In this document: piece by piece, positions 15,101 to 25,821 of the stretch
How the letters are laid out: the number at the start of each line of letters is the position of its first letter
Numbering within the stretch: position 1 is the stretch's first letter
DNA from: Octopus sinensis
Taxonomy: Eukaryota
Direction: 5' to 3'
Assembly (NCBI RefSeq): GCF_006345805.1
Contig: NC_043013.1
Span: 15,128,001-15,192,000 of the forward strand
Length of the DNA: 64,000 nt
Position numbers and translations under genes: made by a program
The notes under the pieces: model-generated
The model's input: the letters and a program-made list of their open reading frames with translations, nothing else
The model's database searches: none
What the model was told of the DNA's origin: nothing

Positions 15101-17273
15101 GACACGTAAAAAGCACCGTCCAAACGTGGCAGATGCCAGTGCTGCCTGACTGGCGTCCATGTCGGTGACACGTAAAAGCACCCACCGATTGTGGCCGTTT
15201 GCCAGCCTCCTCTGGCCCCTGTGCCGGTGGCACATAATAAACACCCACTACACTCACGGAGTGGTTGATGTTAGGAAGAGCATCCAGCTGTAGAAACTAC
15301 CAAACCAGATTGGAGCCTGGTGCAGCCTCCATGGCTTACCAGACCCTGGTCGAACCGTCCAACCCATGCTAGCATGGAAAACGGACGTTAAACGATGATG
15401 ATGATGACATGCCCATTGCTAAGGGGGTGCACTAGAAAGCACTGCTCCCTCAGTATTCAGTGGTACACCCTTAGATTTACAGTGATACGCTTATTATGAT
15501 ATTCCGCTTGAATATTACTATAAATTAGTGTTCCACCCAGAATATTTTGAAGCACCCCCAGGTACCAGAGTCTAGCAATGGGCCTAGATGAATAAAAATT
15601 TTACAATTTCAATTCTAGTTTATTCTTTCACTAGTTTCAGTAATAGTAGGACACCGCCACAAAGGGTTTAGTCAATCATATAAACCCTAATTTCAGTTTA
15701 GTAGTTATTTTGTCACTTGTTATTTTTTGAACTGCAAAGGTGCAGTACACAACGTATGTGCAGCCATAGACACACACACATTCTACAAGGGCTTAGCGCT
15801 TAGTCTCTTTCTATTTATCACAGACTCTCAGGCCATTACAGAGGAGTTTAAGACTGGTTCCCCATGGAAACAACAACATATTGATGGCTTCATTCTTATA
15901 GCTGAGTTGTTTGTTGTTGTTTGTTCCTTCTCGAGCCATGCCTGGTTCATAAGGGCCGGTTTCCCGGTTTCTTGGCGTATAGGTTCCCCACCTGGACGGG
16001 ACGCCGGTCCATCACAGGTGAGCTGCAAGATGCAGGAGGAAAGAGTGAGAGAAAGTTGTGGCGAAAGAGTCAGCAGAAGTTCGCCATTACCTTCTGCCGG
16101 AGCCGCGTGGAGTTTAGGTGGTTCGCTCATAAACACACACATCGTCTGGTCTGAGATTCGAACCCGTGATCCCTTGACCGCGAGTCTGCTGCTCTAACCA
16201 CTAGGCCATGTGCCTCCACATAGCTGAGTCTACAGGAGCTATTAGAGAAGAAATTCCAGATATAGAAGCAAAACCTCTAATCAAAGGGCCTCAATGTTAA
16301 CTTGGCAAGGGTTAAAATATTAGCAAGAAAACAGACAAGACCCTGTTACCATCAGGGAAATGGCTTTGCTCAGTATATAAAAAAAGAAGCCAGTAGAAAT
16401 TCAATATAGTGAATCCAATGCAAACTATGGACACCCAATAGGTGAAATGTAATTATATACAGGTTAAAAGAGAAAGGAGTATTTGTATGTGGGAGAGGCA
16501 CAAGAGGATGTTGACCTAATTAGCAGTGGTATATATCCTCAAAGCATGACAGATGGGGAAAGAACAGAGTGAAAAAAGTTCAGAGAGCTACAACCTCTAT
16601 AAATTAGAAAATTACTATTTGTAAATCTCACAACGAGAGATATTCAGTAACAGTACTTTAGAGTAAAGGTTTTTTGCCAACATAACATAGCAGTCCTGGT
16701 TTAGGATGAATGTTACTGTAATTTAGCCCCAGGAGACATCGTCTCCAGCTGGCTATACAACATGATTTGTGTCCTTATATATGGGAATTTGGCAGTGACA
16801 CCTCTAGCCAAACAATTATTCTGTGCTGATGAAGGGAAATAACCTGGAAATCGTGATACACAGATATTGTTTTGAGCTGAGTGGGGGTGCTAGAGTCCCT
16901 TGTTCAAAAATATAAAGGACACAAATCGTGTCGTATAGCCAGCTGGAGATGATGTCTCCTGGGACAAAATTACAGCAACATTCGTTCTAAACCAGGACTG
17001 CCATGTTATGTTGGCAAAATTCTTTGCTATAACCTCTGTTGGTAACAAAAGGCTTCTCTCTAAGTGAAAGGCAGATCGTATAACTCTTGTTTATGAACAG
17101 TAATGTTACAGGGTAGAGGAACATGGACCCTAAATGCAGAGGACGTGTGAAGACTAGAAAGACAAAGCAAGAAGGCTTCATTGGATGTAAAATTGTCAGT
17201 GTGCATATCTCTCTCATCAGGGCCAGATTAAAGCCCATAGAAGCCTTAAGCACATAAAAGATTTTGGTGCCCC

Positions 17274-17314
<41 letters not shown>

Positions 17315-19040
17315 CTACAATATGTTAAAAGTCAGCTTGAATCTTGCTTGCTTGCAATGTTACCCAGCCAAACTGGTACATAGTGCAGAAAATACTATGA
17401 ATTAAGTTACCTCTGAAATGTAAATACGAACGGAATAAAACAAATTTCACATAAATCAAACAAGTGGCTGTGGAGATAGGGGTTTTCGGGGTATAAATAC
17501 CCAAAATGGTGCATAATGGGAAAATATTCCCAAATTAAACTTAACAAAAAAATACAAATTGTTTCTTACAGTAAATGTTTCTATTTTCACTTTTGTTAAA
17601 CACAATATTTTAATCAATCATTTAGAAATATTTCTAGGAGTCGCTGTGTGGTAAGTAGCTTGCTAACCAACCACATGGTTCCAGGTTCAGTCCCACTGTG
17701 TGGCATCTTGGGCAAGTGTCTTCTGCTATAGCCCCGGGCCGACCAATGCCTTGTGAGTGGATTTGGTAGACGGAAACTGAAAGAAGCCTGTCGTATATAT
17801 GTATATATGTATGTGTGTGTGTGTGTGTTTGTCCCCCTAGCATTGCTTGACAACCGATGCTGGTGTGTTTACATCCCCGTCACTTAGCAGTTCGGCAAAA
17901 GAGACCGATAGAATAAATACTGGGCTTACAAAGAATAAGTCCCGGGGTCGATTTGCTCGACTAAAGGCGGTGCTCCAGCATGGCCGCAGTCAAATGACTG
18001 AAACAAGTAAAAGAGTAAGTGAATGTGATTTCAACTATGTAAGTTCTTTGTACAGTAAGTATTCATATTTTAGCTTTCTTTAAACAGACAATATTTTAAT
18101 ATTTTTTAAAAATCATTTTCAAGCGAATACCATTACAAAAATTTTTTGGCATATTTAAAAAATATTTTTATGTGAAAACGACTTTAAAAATACGGTAAAT
18201 ATTTCGTAAAAGACCTATTCATAACCTTGTTGTGAAATATTTTTTTTTCCAGAGGTTTTCGTCAAGTGCATTCAACATATCCCACTGCCAAAGATTCGGC
18301 TGCTATTTCTAGTACGCCCTGCTACCATGTAACAGCTATTTGTGATAAAGGACTCAAAATATCTGTTACATAGTAGCAGGAGGTGCAAGAAATAACAGCC
18401 AAATCTTTCAAAGGAGCCGTCTATGCGTGATTTCGATGTCACATTCTTTGAAAGCATGTGAAATAACCTGGAAAATGAAAAAAACCCCACGAAACAAAAC
18501 TCCATAGCTGGGAAACTTTTTCGGTGACCCAACAGGTCACAGGTAGTCAAGTATATATATATATATACTTGGAAATGGATGCGTGACGTTCATCAAGTAA
18601 TAATATAAATAATATATATATACATGCACATGCGTATATGGGTACAGGACATCACCAACAGTAAACAACGTGAAATACGAGAGCAAATGAGTTCAATGCA
18701 CAAACAACAAAAGAAACAAATGGAAAACAAGACAAGTAACACAAAGAATGGCCCTTCATCAGTTGTCAGCTGTCTATCTACTCCTCATTTCGAGCATTGA
18801 ACGAAAATATGAATCTTCAAAGACAGTTGCTCCCGTAAGTACTAAAATAAAATTTGAGATTTATGGAGGGTCAAATTTGGGAACAAAAACAGGACAGTGG
18901 AAACCGAATGCAAACAAATTGAACTCATTTGCTTTTGTATTTCATGTTGTTTACTGTTGGCGACATCCTGTACCCATATATGCATATGTGTGTATATATA
19001 TATACGTGTGTGTGTGTGTATGTGTGTGAGTGTTATTTAT

Positions 19041-19090
<50 letters not shown>

Positions 19091-22000
19091 CACAAAGGGC
19101 AGTTATTAAACTGTCATCTAAATTATGAAAATAACAGACATCTCATTTTAACAGATCAGATATAGTTAGCAAAATTACATAAAAATATCTTGAAATCTTG
19201 AAATACTAAAGAGTAAATTTATTCAATAAAATTGCCATTGGCTTCAACAACCGCCTCCGGACAATTTCAGAATCTTCTGCAACTCTTCTGGATGGTCTCC
19301 TTGTTTAAGCTGGTGAATGCTGCCATAATCCTTGCTTTCAGTTCATCATTTGGTGTTACAAGGAGTTTTGTTGATCTCTCACTCAACTGCACTCCATACA
19401 TAATAATCAAGGGAGTTGCAGTCAGGAGAGTTAAGTGGCCAGATGTTAGGGGTGATGTGGTCGCAGAAATTATCTGACAAACATGACTGGATTCTCCTGC
19501 TTGTGTGGCATGGTGCATAGTCCTGTTGCCAGACGTAGGGTCTTCCAGCAGCCCTCCTTTTGACCCAGGACAGCACGACCTCCTCCAGGCCCTTGATGGA
19601 GGCCTCCATGTTGAGTGTGAGGCCATGTGAGAAGATGAATGTAGGCATAACATAGCCATCACTATCATTATTGGTACATATCCTCCTCATCATTATGAAA
19701 ATTTAACATCATCACCTCCACTCCTTCCTCTCCAATTATTATTAACATTATCACTGTCATCTACACCACAACCTCCTCTTCATCATCACTATCAACATTA
19801 TCATTCTTATCACACACGTCTTCGTCTTCATCATTACAAACATTACAAACTATCACTCTCACCCCACTACCACCTCTTCTTCATCATCATTATCAACATT
19901 ATTACTGACAGCCCCATGCTAAAACCTCTTCCACTCCTTATCAACATTATCGCTGTCATCACCAATGCCCTTTCCTCCTCTTCATTACTATTGTAATCAA
20001 GCAGACATTAATAAAATGATGAAGAGGCATAATGGTATATATGTGTAATATTCCAATATCCTTTGAGTAAAATCCAAAAGTCCAACAGAGTTTAATATGA
20101 GTCCATCCAAATGTAAAGTTTATAAGCAATGTAAGATTCTACTGGGAATGACCAACTTTAAGAGAATCTTACATTATTATAAGCTTTACATTCGGATGGA
20201 TTCATATTAAACTCTGTTGGACTTTTGGATTTTACTCAAAGGATATTGGAATAATACACATAAAATGATGAAGACAAAAATGGTTTGGTTCAATCCCTCT
20301 TTTATCAAGAATGTGCTACGAGAAGAGTTTAAGTGTACTCCTACTAAATCAACCACCAGTGGAGGAGTACAAGTGTTGTCAGTTTAATTTAACCACCAGC
20401 ATGGACATGCAGATGCGGTCATCCCTAGTAGGAGTGTACGAGTGTGGTTACCTTAAGCTGACTATTTGCAGGAGAGTTCAAGAGCAACAAGTGAGTTGAC
20501 CCCTAGCAGAACAGTAGAAGAGTGACCACTTGTGAGAGAGTACAAGCATAACCACTCTAAGTTACTACTAGTGCGAGAGTGCAAGAGTGACCACTCTAAG
20601 TTGCCTCTAGTGGGAGAGTGCAAGAGTGACCACTCTAAGTTGCCTCTAGTGGGAGAGTACAAGAGTGCCCATTCTAAGTTGCCTCTAGTGGGAGAGTACA
20701 AGAGTGACCACTTTAAGTTGCTACATGTGGGAGAATGAAAGAGTGCCCGTTCTAAGTTGCTACTAATGGGAGAGTGCAAGAGTGACCACTCTAAGTTGCC
20801 TCTAGTGGGAGAGCACCAGATTGACCACTCTAAGTTTCCGGGGGTGGGAGAGTGAAAGAGTGCCCACTCTAAGTTGCCACTAGTGGGAGAGTACAAGAGT
20901 AGCCACTCTAAGTTGCCTCTGGTGAGAGTACAAGAGTGGCCACTCCAAGTTGACTACTTGCAGGAGAGTACATAAGTGGTCATCCCAAGATGATCACTAC
21001 CAAGATAGTAGAAGAGTGGGCATTCCAGTTAACCAGGAGAATGCAATGGTGCACCCCTCCCAGCTACCAAGCTTACCAGTAGCAGGAAAGTAGGATGTTT
21101 TAATAGAACCATAACCATGGTGATCAGATAATGCAGTTGGTTACATCTGTAAACTCATCAAACTCAGTTAATGAGTAGAAGTTGCTTACTTCCTCCAGCT
21201 TTCCCTTTGCTCTGGTTCATGTCATACGAACCATCCAAAGAAAAATAAATAAATAAATTCCACTGCTAAACAATAGCAGTCTGTCCACTTTAGTGTCCAT
21301 TCTTCCATCTATTCCGGAAATTAATCAATAATTTCATTATCTCGGGGGAAATCAAGGAAAAGATCATAAAGTATTTATATGACCTTTTAATATTTGGACA
21401 ACATGCGAAAGTTTCTTTGTATTAGTTTACAACTTTCACTTACTGGACTCTGGCCATGCTGGAGCATCCACCTTGTATTTATGTTGGCATTACCTTAGAC
21501 GAGCTGAACCAGCTCCAACTCGTGAATCTAAAGTATCGCAAACAAAAGCAAAAGCTGATAGTGTTTGGCAATCACAGACGTCCGATATGGAGATCATCAA
21601 CCAGTTGTGACTTCTTATGGTAGATACCATATTACCATATAAATTAAAGACCAGATATTGATTTAAGGTCCCACTTGATCGTCTAAGGCAGCATTTTCCT
21701 GCCTTTGTATTCTTGGGGAACCCTTGAAATTCATTCCATGTCTAAGGGATCCTCCACTCAAAAATTACTATATGTCATTATTAATCTTTTTATTTACCTT
21801 TCATAAAAGTAAATTTCATAAGAGATTGATACTTTTGATATACTAACCCACATGAGACTACCAATGGATCTACAGTATAAATTAGTCAAATTATCATTAT
21901 TTCTGAGGGAACCCATAGTGACAACTTATAGAAAGTGGGTATTCCAGGGAAGGGACACTGATCTCAAGTCTAGTTGATTCCATTACATAAACTCCAGTAA

Positions 22001-23883
22001 TTTTGTTATAGCTGATTAGTTTCAGTTCGGTCTTTTCATTAAGCAGACCTATCATCATTATTTTAATTTATATTCCAAACACCAGCTTCATGGCCACAAA
22101 GATATTTTAATAAATTTCCCATTATTTTGAAAATTAACTGAAGCAACGCAATGTATTTCAATAGCATTATGATAACAAAACGTTTAAACAAACCATAATA
22201 CTGTCTTTATCAATGATTGGCAGTGCTAAATTCATTTAGACCTTAAAAAAAGAGGTCATTTCTCGTGTAGTGCGTCCTCATTACAAGTAGACAACTGGCT
22301 GATAATATATTAACTCGCACACACGCGCGCACATATGTATTATAAGCCAGGCTTCTTTCAGTTTCTATCTATGAAACCCACTTGAGAAGCTTTGGTTAAC
22401 CTGGGCTATAGTAGAAGACACTTGCCTAAAATGCCATGTAGTGGGACTGAGCCCCAAATCATGCAGCTGAGACGCTATTTTCGGCAAGTCAACGATGGTG
22501 TGTTTAGTGGGGAACCTTTATGGGCCAGGGACAAAATACTTGTATGGAGAAAAACAAAAGAATCTTTAATTTTACAAATTCATTGGTATACAAATTTGTA
22601 TAGAATTACTGCTTTCGCCTTGAAGCTGAAATCATTTAAAATTTTATTTTATTTTTATGGGCTAAAGGTACTTCACTCGCGGGCAGGTTAAAATTAAATA
22701 ATAATAATGTGAGCGAAAATGTTCCCCATGTTCGTAGTTGAGACTCCTACATCGACTTCTGTTATTATCTCTGGTGGTCACATTGTGAATCGAACCAGCT
22801 GTGGCAGATACGTTTTATTTTTAGTGAGCCTTTGACTTGGTCACTCGATCTGCTTGATATAGAAGCCAGAGATCGTGACGAGAGCCTGTGTATGTTTATG
22901 AGCGTACATGTATGCGCGCGCGCGAGTGTATATATATATGTTTATTTGTATATTTAATTATTCAAATGTAGATGTGTAGCGCCAAGCGCTAAAACTCCCT
23001 TATTATTTTTTTTTTTAAGGCCTCGGGACCTGGTCTGAATGTTTGCATTAACTATGTGCTCTCTACTCACGGAAAAATTATACGTTAATGTAGTTCGGGA
23101 TAACCCAAGAGAAGATGAAATATGTAAAACTGGAAAGACCTTTGGCCATCGGTCTGCTTGCACAGAGATGGCCTGGGACCAAACAACAGCAGCAACAATA
23201 ATAATCTGATGGGTTGTTGGGCAACAGAAGGGATGGGACATCAGAGTAACTTTCAAAGTCCTTTACTTCGGAGACTGTTCTGAATTCAGGAACCCAGAGG
23301 AGTTAACTTCACATTTTATTCCTCTTGGGTACGATAATAGATTTCCCTTAAAGAGTTCTGATACTGACATTAAGAAATCGGTAAAGCACTGAACTAAATT
23401 CTTTGTAAAATTTAGTTACCTTCTTCATTTTGAGTTCAAATCACTCCGCGGTCGATATTAATACGAGCAAGTCAAGTACAAGTATTGTGTTCGATTTAAT
23501 CGATTACGTTCCCACCCCAGAATGAGTATTGAGCCTAAATTATAAATCACTAACATTGGCAATGTAGTGTTACAGGAAATTTGGTCTTTAGATTCGAATG
23601 AACAACATTCCAGGCACGGATAGCATCACGTATTTTCTTTTCGGGTTTTGATCTATCTGTTGTTTGTTATGCTTCCTAGTGATAAATCAATAGATAAATA
23701 AAAAGTGGTGGGGAGAAAAAAAAAAGTGAGACACTTGTGTGTGTGTGAGAGAGAGAGAAGGAGAGACGGGAAAAAGAAAGAGAATAATTAAAAAGAGAGA
23801 CCGACAAAGAGAAAGGAAGAAAGTGAGACGGATGTGCTAAGCAACTATACAGAAAAAGAGGCAAAAAACTAATAAAGATCGAT

Positions 23884-23921
<38 letters not shown>

Positions 23922-24855
23922 AGATTGATAAAGAAGATTGAAATGAAGAGAAAGAGACATTTATGTGGGAAAGGAGAGAAAGAGAGAAGCATGGAGGGCG
24001 ACTACGAAAGTAAGAAAGTAAAACAGAGAAAGCTAAATGAGGAAAAACAAAAAGAAAAGAAAAAGTAATTAATTAACTAAGAGAAAGACAAGAGAGAGAG
24101 AGTGATAGAATGTGTGTGCGATAGACTAATTAACTAATGGGAAACAAAATGAGAAAGTGAAAATGATGTTAAATGAAAACAAAGAAACAAGGAAGTTATT
24201 GTCTTTCTTTATGTCTGTTGAGAAAGCGAGAGTAAGGGAAAAGAGAGCGAAGAGAAAGAGAAGGAGAAAAATAAGAGATAACAAGAAAAAGAAAGAGAGT
24301 AAAATAGGAGGAAGAGAAAAGTGGGCGAAGAAAATGAGAAGAGAGAAGGATTAATGAGTGAGAGAGAAGAGGGCCGGAAAAAGAGAGAAAAAGACAATAA
24401 GAGGGTGAAGAAAGAGAGAGACAGAGAGAGAGAGAGAGGCAGAGGAAAAAAAACTGAGAAAAAGAGGGTGAAGAAAGAGAGAGAGAAAAGGGAAATCTAG
24501 AAAATGAAGAGATGAAAGACAGAAAAGGAGAAGGAAGAGTAAGTGAGAGAAAGAGTAAGACAAAGAGAAAAACAAAATAAAGATGAAAAGAGAATGAGAG
24601 AAAAAGAGAAAAGTGGATACAATGGTGGGGACGTCCAAATTTTTCTAAAAGTATTAGAAAATGAAATGGATAAGACAACTGACCTTTCTGATGGACTAAT
24701 TGAGGGTTCTGTCGAACTATTTGATGTACAAGAGGGGCAGCACAAGTGTTGATTCCATGCATCAACATGGAATATTCTGCTGATGTATTGCCAACAGCAT
24801 CCTTTGCATTGACTAATTCCTCGTGACGATCCATTCGACTGGAAACTGTTGCCAT
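1..24855 (-). CDS. Ankyrin-repeat DHHC palmitoyltransferase (Akr1/ZDHHC13/17-like architecture), spliced; 3' end runs off the window start
   Basis: Exons 24684-24855, 14587-14833, 12309-12441, 8469-8653, 7552-7791, 6407-6489, 3039-3131, 1223-1329 and 1-279 join with GT-AG boundaries and matching phases into 513 open codons. The product has 5-6 ankyrin repeats (TPLHKA, TPLHYV, VVHHA, TPLHIV, TVLHL), TM helices ending in DPG, then [41 protein letters not shown] and a further TM. Confidence 0.92.
509..960 (-). mobile_element. 3' fragment of a non-LTR retrotransposon with restriction-like endonuclease (R4/Dong/NeSL-type), decayed
   Basis: Frames give [21 protein letters not shown]...KKYKD..IEIQNLW..VIVGAL...[20 protein letters not shown]. 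Confidence 0.7.
1223..1329 (-). CDS. DHHC gene exon 8
   Basis: ctcttcag|GT ... TGT GAA|gtaagt. Reads [36 protein letters not shown] and supplies the first CxxC. Confidence 0.9.
1350..1575 (+). mobile_element. Second RLE-type LINE 3' fragment, opposite orientation
   Basis: [26 protein letters not shown]...[15 protein letters not shown], with frameshifts. Confidence 0.65.
1660..2012 (+). mobile_element. tRNA-derived SINE, family B (head GGAGGCGCAATGGCCC)
   Basis: Shares head and core with 10889-11274, 15908-16219 and 43075-43452. (CAA)n tail. Confidence 0.8.
2670..2870 (-). mobile_element. Decayed LINE RT C-terminal fragment (RTE-like)
   Basis: [15 protein letters not shown]...AAEMGFL...[15 protein letters not shown]. 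Confidence 0.55.
3039..3131 (-). CDS. DHHC gene exon 7 (TM2, DPG motif)
   Basis: Acceptor TTCCTTAATTCAACTTTCAG|AT, donor G|gtaggt. Reads [32 protein letters not shown]. Confidence 0.88.
4925..5372 (+). mobile_element. tRNA-derived SINE, family A (head GGCGCAGGAGTGGCTGTGTGG, internal (TA)n)
   Basis: tRNA-like A/B boxes (TGGTAAG...GGTTCAGTCC) and AAGAGT tail. Near-identical copies elsewhere in the window. Confidence 0.85.
6407..6489 (-). CDS. DHHC gene exon 6 (TM1)
   Basis: ttttctcag|A TGG ... CCA A|gtatcctttt. Reads [28 protein letters not shown]. Confidence 0.88.
7552..7791 (-). CDS. DHHC gene exon 5 (hydrophobic segments)
   Basis: tttgcag|C CAT ... TGC AA|gtaagt. Matches ORF-track frame 7548..7778. 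Confidence 0.88.
8469..8653 (-). CDS. DHHC gene exon 4 (ankyrin repeats)
   Basis: ccacag|CGT ... AAC GA|gtaagc. Reads [22 protein letters not shown]...MTPLDLV. Confidence 0.92.
9830..10150 (-). mobile_element. CR1-type LINE 3' end
   Basis: Reverse strand resembles FF...[27 protein letters not shown], followed by a UTR and microsatellite tail. Confidence 0.5.
10153..10571 (-). mobile_element. SINE family A
   Basis: Full-length reverse copy of 4925-5372. Confidence 0.85.
10889..11274 (-). mobile_element. SINE family B with 12-bp TSD
   Basis: TSD tgatgttatagt at 10877-10888 and 11275-11286. Confidence 0.88.
12309..12441 (-). CDS. DHHC gene exon 3 (ankyrin repeat)
   Basis: cttgtag|G TGT ... 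AAT CAG|gttttt; the donor is weak but phase-consistent. Reads [23 protein letters not shown]. Confidence 0.9.
12660..13045 (+). mobile_element. RTE LINE 3' UTR fragment with (GAT)n tail
   Basis: Reverse complement of the 3' end of the RTE at 26558-28210. Similar copies at about 15010-15405, 32720-33170, 37600-37960, 38915-39360 and 50060-50755. Confidence 0.75.
13240..14160 (-). mobile_element. Decayed Tx1/L1-clade LINE reverse transcriptase
   Basis: [17 protein letters not shown]...[13 protein letters not shown]...[10 protein letters not shown]...[14 protein letters not shown], with frameshifts. Confidence 0.82.
14587..14833 (-). CDS. DHHC gene exon 2 (ankyrin repeats)
   Basis: tttccag|GT TGG ... 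AGT GT|gtgcgt. Reads [14 protein letters not shown]...[11 protein letters not shown]...[14 protein letters not shown]. Confidence 0.93.
15820..16510 (+). mobile_element. Decayed RTE RT fragment interrupted by a SINE
   Basis: [13 protein letters not shown]...LIAE, then the SINE, then [13 protein letters not shown]. Homologous to 27700-28200. Confidence 0.65.
15908..16219 (-). mobile_element. SINE family B with 10-bp TSD
   Basis: TSD atagctgagt at 15898-15907 and 16220-16229. Confidence 0.88.
16672..17019. mobile_element. Fold-back element with arms of about 120 bp
   Basis: ttttgccaacataacatagcagtcctggttt...tttgtgtcctt is inverted against aaggacacaaat...aaaccaggactgccatgttatgttggcaaaa. Confidence 0.8.
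17636..18017 (+). mobile_element. SINE family A
   Basis: Full-length copy. Confidence 0.85.
18640..18976. mobile_element. TIR-bounded element (TIRs of about 60 bp)
   Basis: gggtacaggacatcaccaacagtaaacaac...gagttcaat is inverted against attgaactc...gttgtttactgttggcgacatcctgtaccc. Confidence 0.75.
19225..19695 (-). mobile_element. Decayed Tc1/mariner DD37D (maT-type) transposase, C-terminal half
   Basis: [14 protein letters not shown]...[16 protein letters not shown] with 37 residues between the two Asp; a frameshift leads to [10 protein letters not shown]...VEANGNFIE*. Confidence 0.85.
20040..20262. repeat. Near-perfect fold-back (MITE-like), 100-bp arms and 22-nt loop
   Basis: 20041-20140 is the reverse complement of 20163-20261, with few mismatches. 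Confidence 0.9.
20535..20975. repeat. 39-bp minisatellite, about 11 copies
   Basis: Unit gcaagagtgaccactctaagttgcctctagtgggagagt; period 39 verified at 20581/20620. Confidence 0.92.
23680..24620. repeat. Polypurine (GA-rich) low-complexity tract
   Basis: About 0.9 kb dominated by A/G on the plus strand, including (GA)n runs. Confidence 0.85.
24684..24855 (-). CDS. DHHC gene exon 1 (start codon)
   Basis: ATG at 24855; [13 protein letters not shown]...[10 protein letters not shown]|gtcagt. Phase 1 matches exon 2. Confidence 0.82.
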
Positions 24856-25750
24856 TTCACCAGATTTCCTTCAGTTAACACTTGACTTTACAACTTCACG
24901 TAGCAATAAGCACCATTCTAGCTAGCTAACGTTGACATTTACGAAACATCTTGACATATATAGATATATCTTTATATGTTTCTCTTTTTCTCCTTCTTGA
25001 AATAAGGAAACTTCTGAGAGACGTGTGTGTATCTGCGTGTACGTATATTTATGTGTATGTGTGTATAAATATATATAAATATGTTTATGTATATATATGG
25101 CTTTGTCTGTAGCCTACTCGCTCTTTTCGTCACGTTCTGTCTCGTCTCCTTATCTCTGTGTCTCTCTATTTAGATCTACCACTCTGTTCTTCTATCATAA
25201 GATCAGCAGCTTTTAGCGCTGCGGCCTTTCACGAGTCGGGATTGAACCACTGCTTCCAGCACGCTGCTCCGTCACATTACTAGGAGAAAAACGTCATAAT
25301 TGTTTACAACGATTCAGCGCATTGGTCAGAATTAACCAATCGCAAGCCACGTTACAAAGCGAGTCTCTCCCAGTCCGTCTTGCAACACACAACAGTCGTT
25401 AGAGAAACTTCCTCCCGTTAACATTAATGGATGATCGTCTTCTTATATCTCGCACACCTAGCTACATCTACCCGTTTATATACGCACACATACATTAACC
25501 CTTTTCTAAATTACCCGTAAGGGTAACTTAGAACACCGTTACAATCACTGCAACGTCTAAATAGTCGTTTAGTTGCAGAGCTACGTTGAAGCCGGACCAG
25601 TATTTATTATCTGTCAAGCCACGCTGTTTTCAAACTTAATGGTAAACTGTTTGTCTTTTACTGCTGGAAACTTTCCCAACACATCACAGAGGCTGAATCA
25701 GGAGTGGATCTGCTATGTCTGACTTGTTCGATTGTATGGTTGAGTGTCTC
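24856..25750. promoter_or_regulatory. Probable shared (bidirectional) promoter region of the DHHC gene and LARP7
   Basis: Divergent start codons (24855 minus, 29901 plus). This interval is SINE-free and visibly richer in CpG than the flanks. TSSs were not determined. Confidence 0.45.
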
Positions 25751-25821
25751 TTAACTCTTTACTCTGTCACCGAGTGAAATGATGTATATATTACTAAGGA
25801 GAATGTGTGTGTGATGTTTTA

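Noticed and set aside
18298-18410. Hairpin with arms of about 38 bp as a pre-miRNA
   Set aside because: Built from a motif (ttggctgctatttctagc) dispersed across the window, so it is a MITE remnant; no evidence of processing.
20535-20975. CRISPR-like array
   Set aside because: Head-to-tail tandem units with no unique spacers, in a eukaryotic context.
24196-24683. 219-aa ORF extension of DHHC exon 1
   Set aside because: Read-through into an intronic pyrimidine tract past the donor at 24684.
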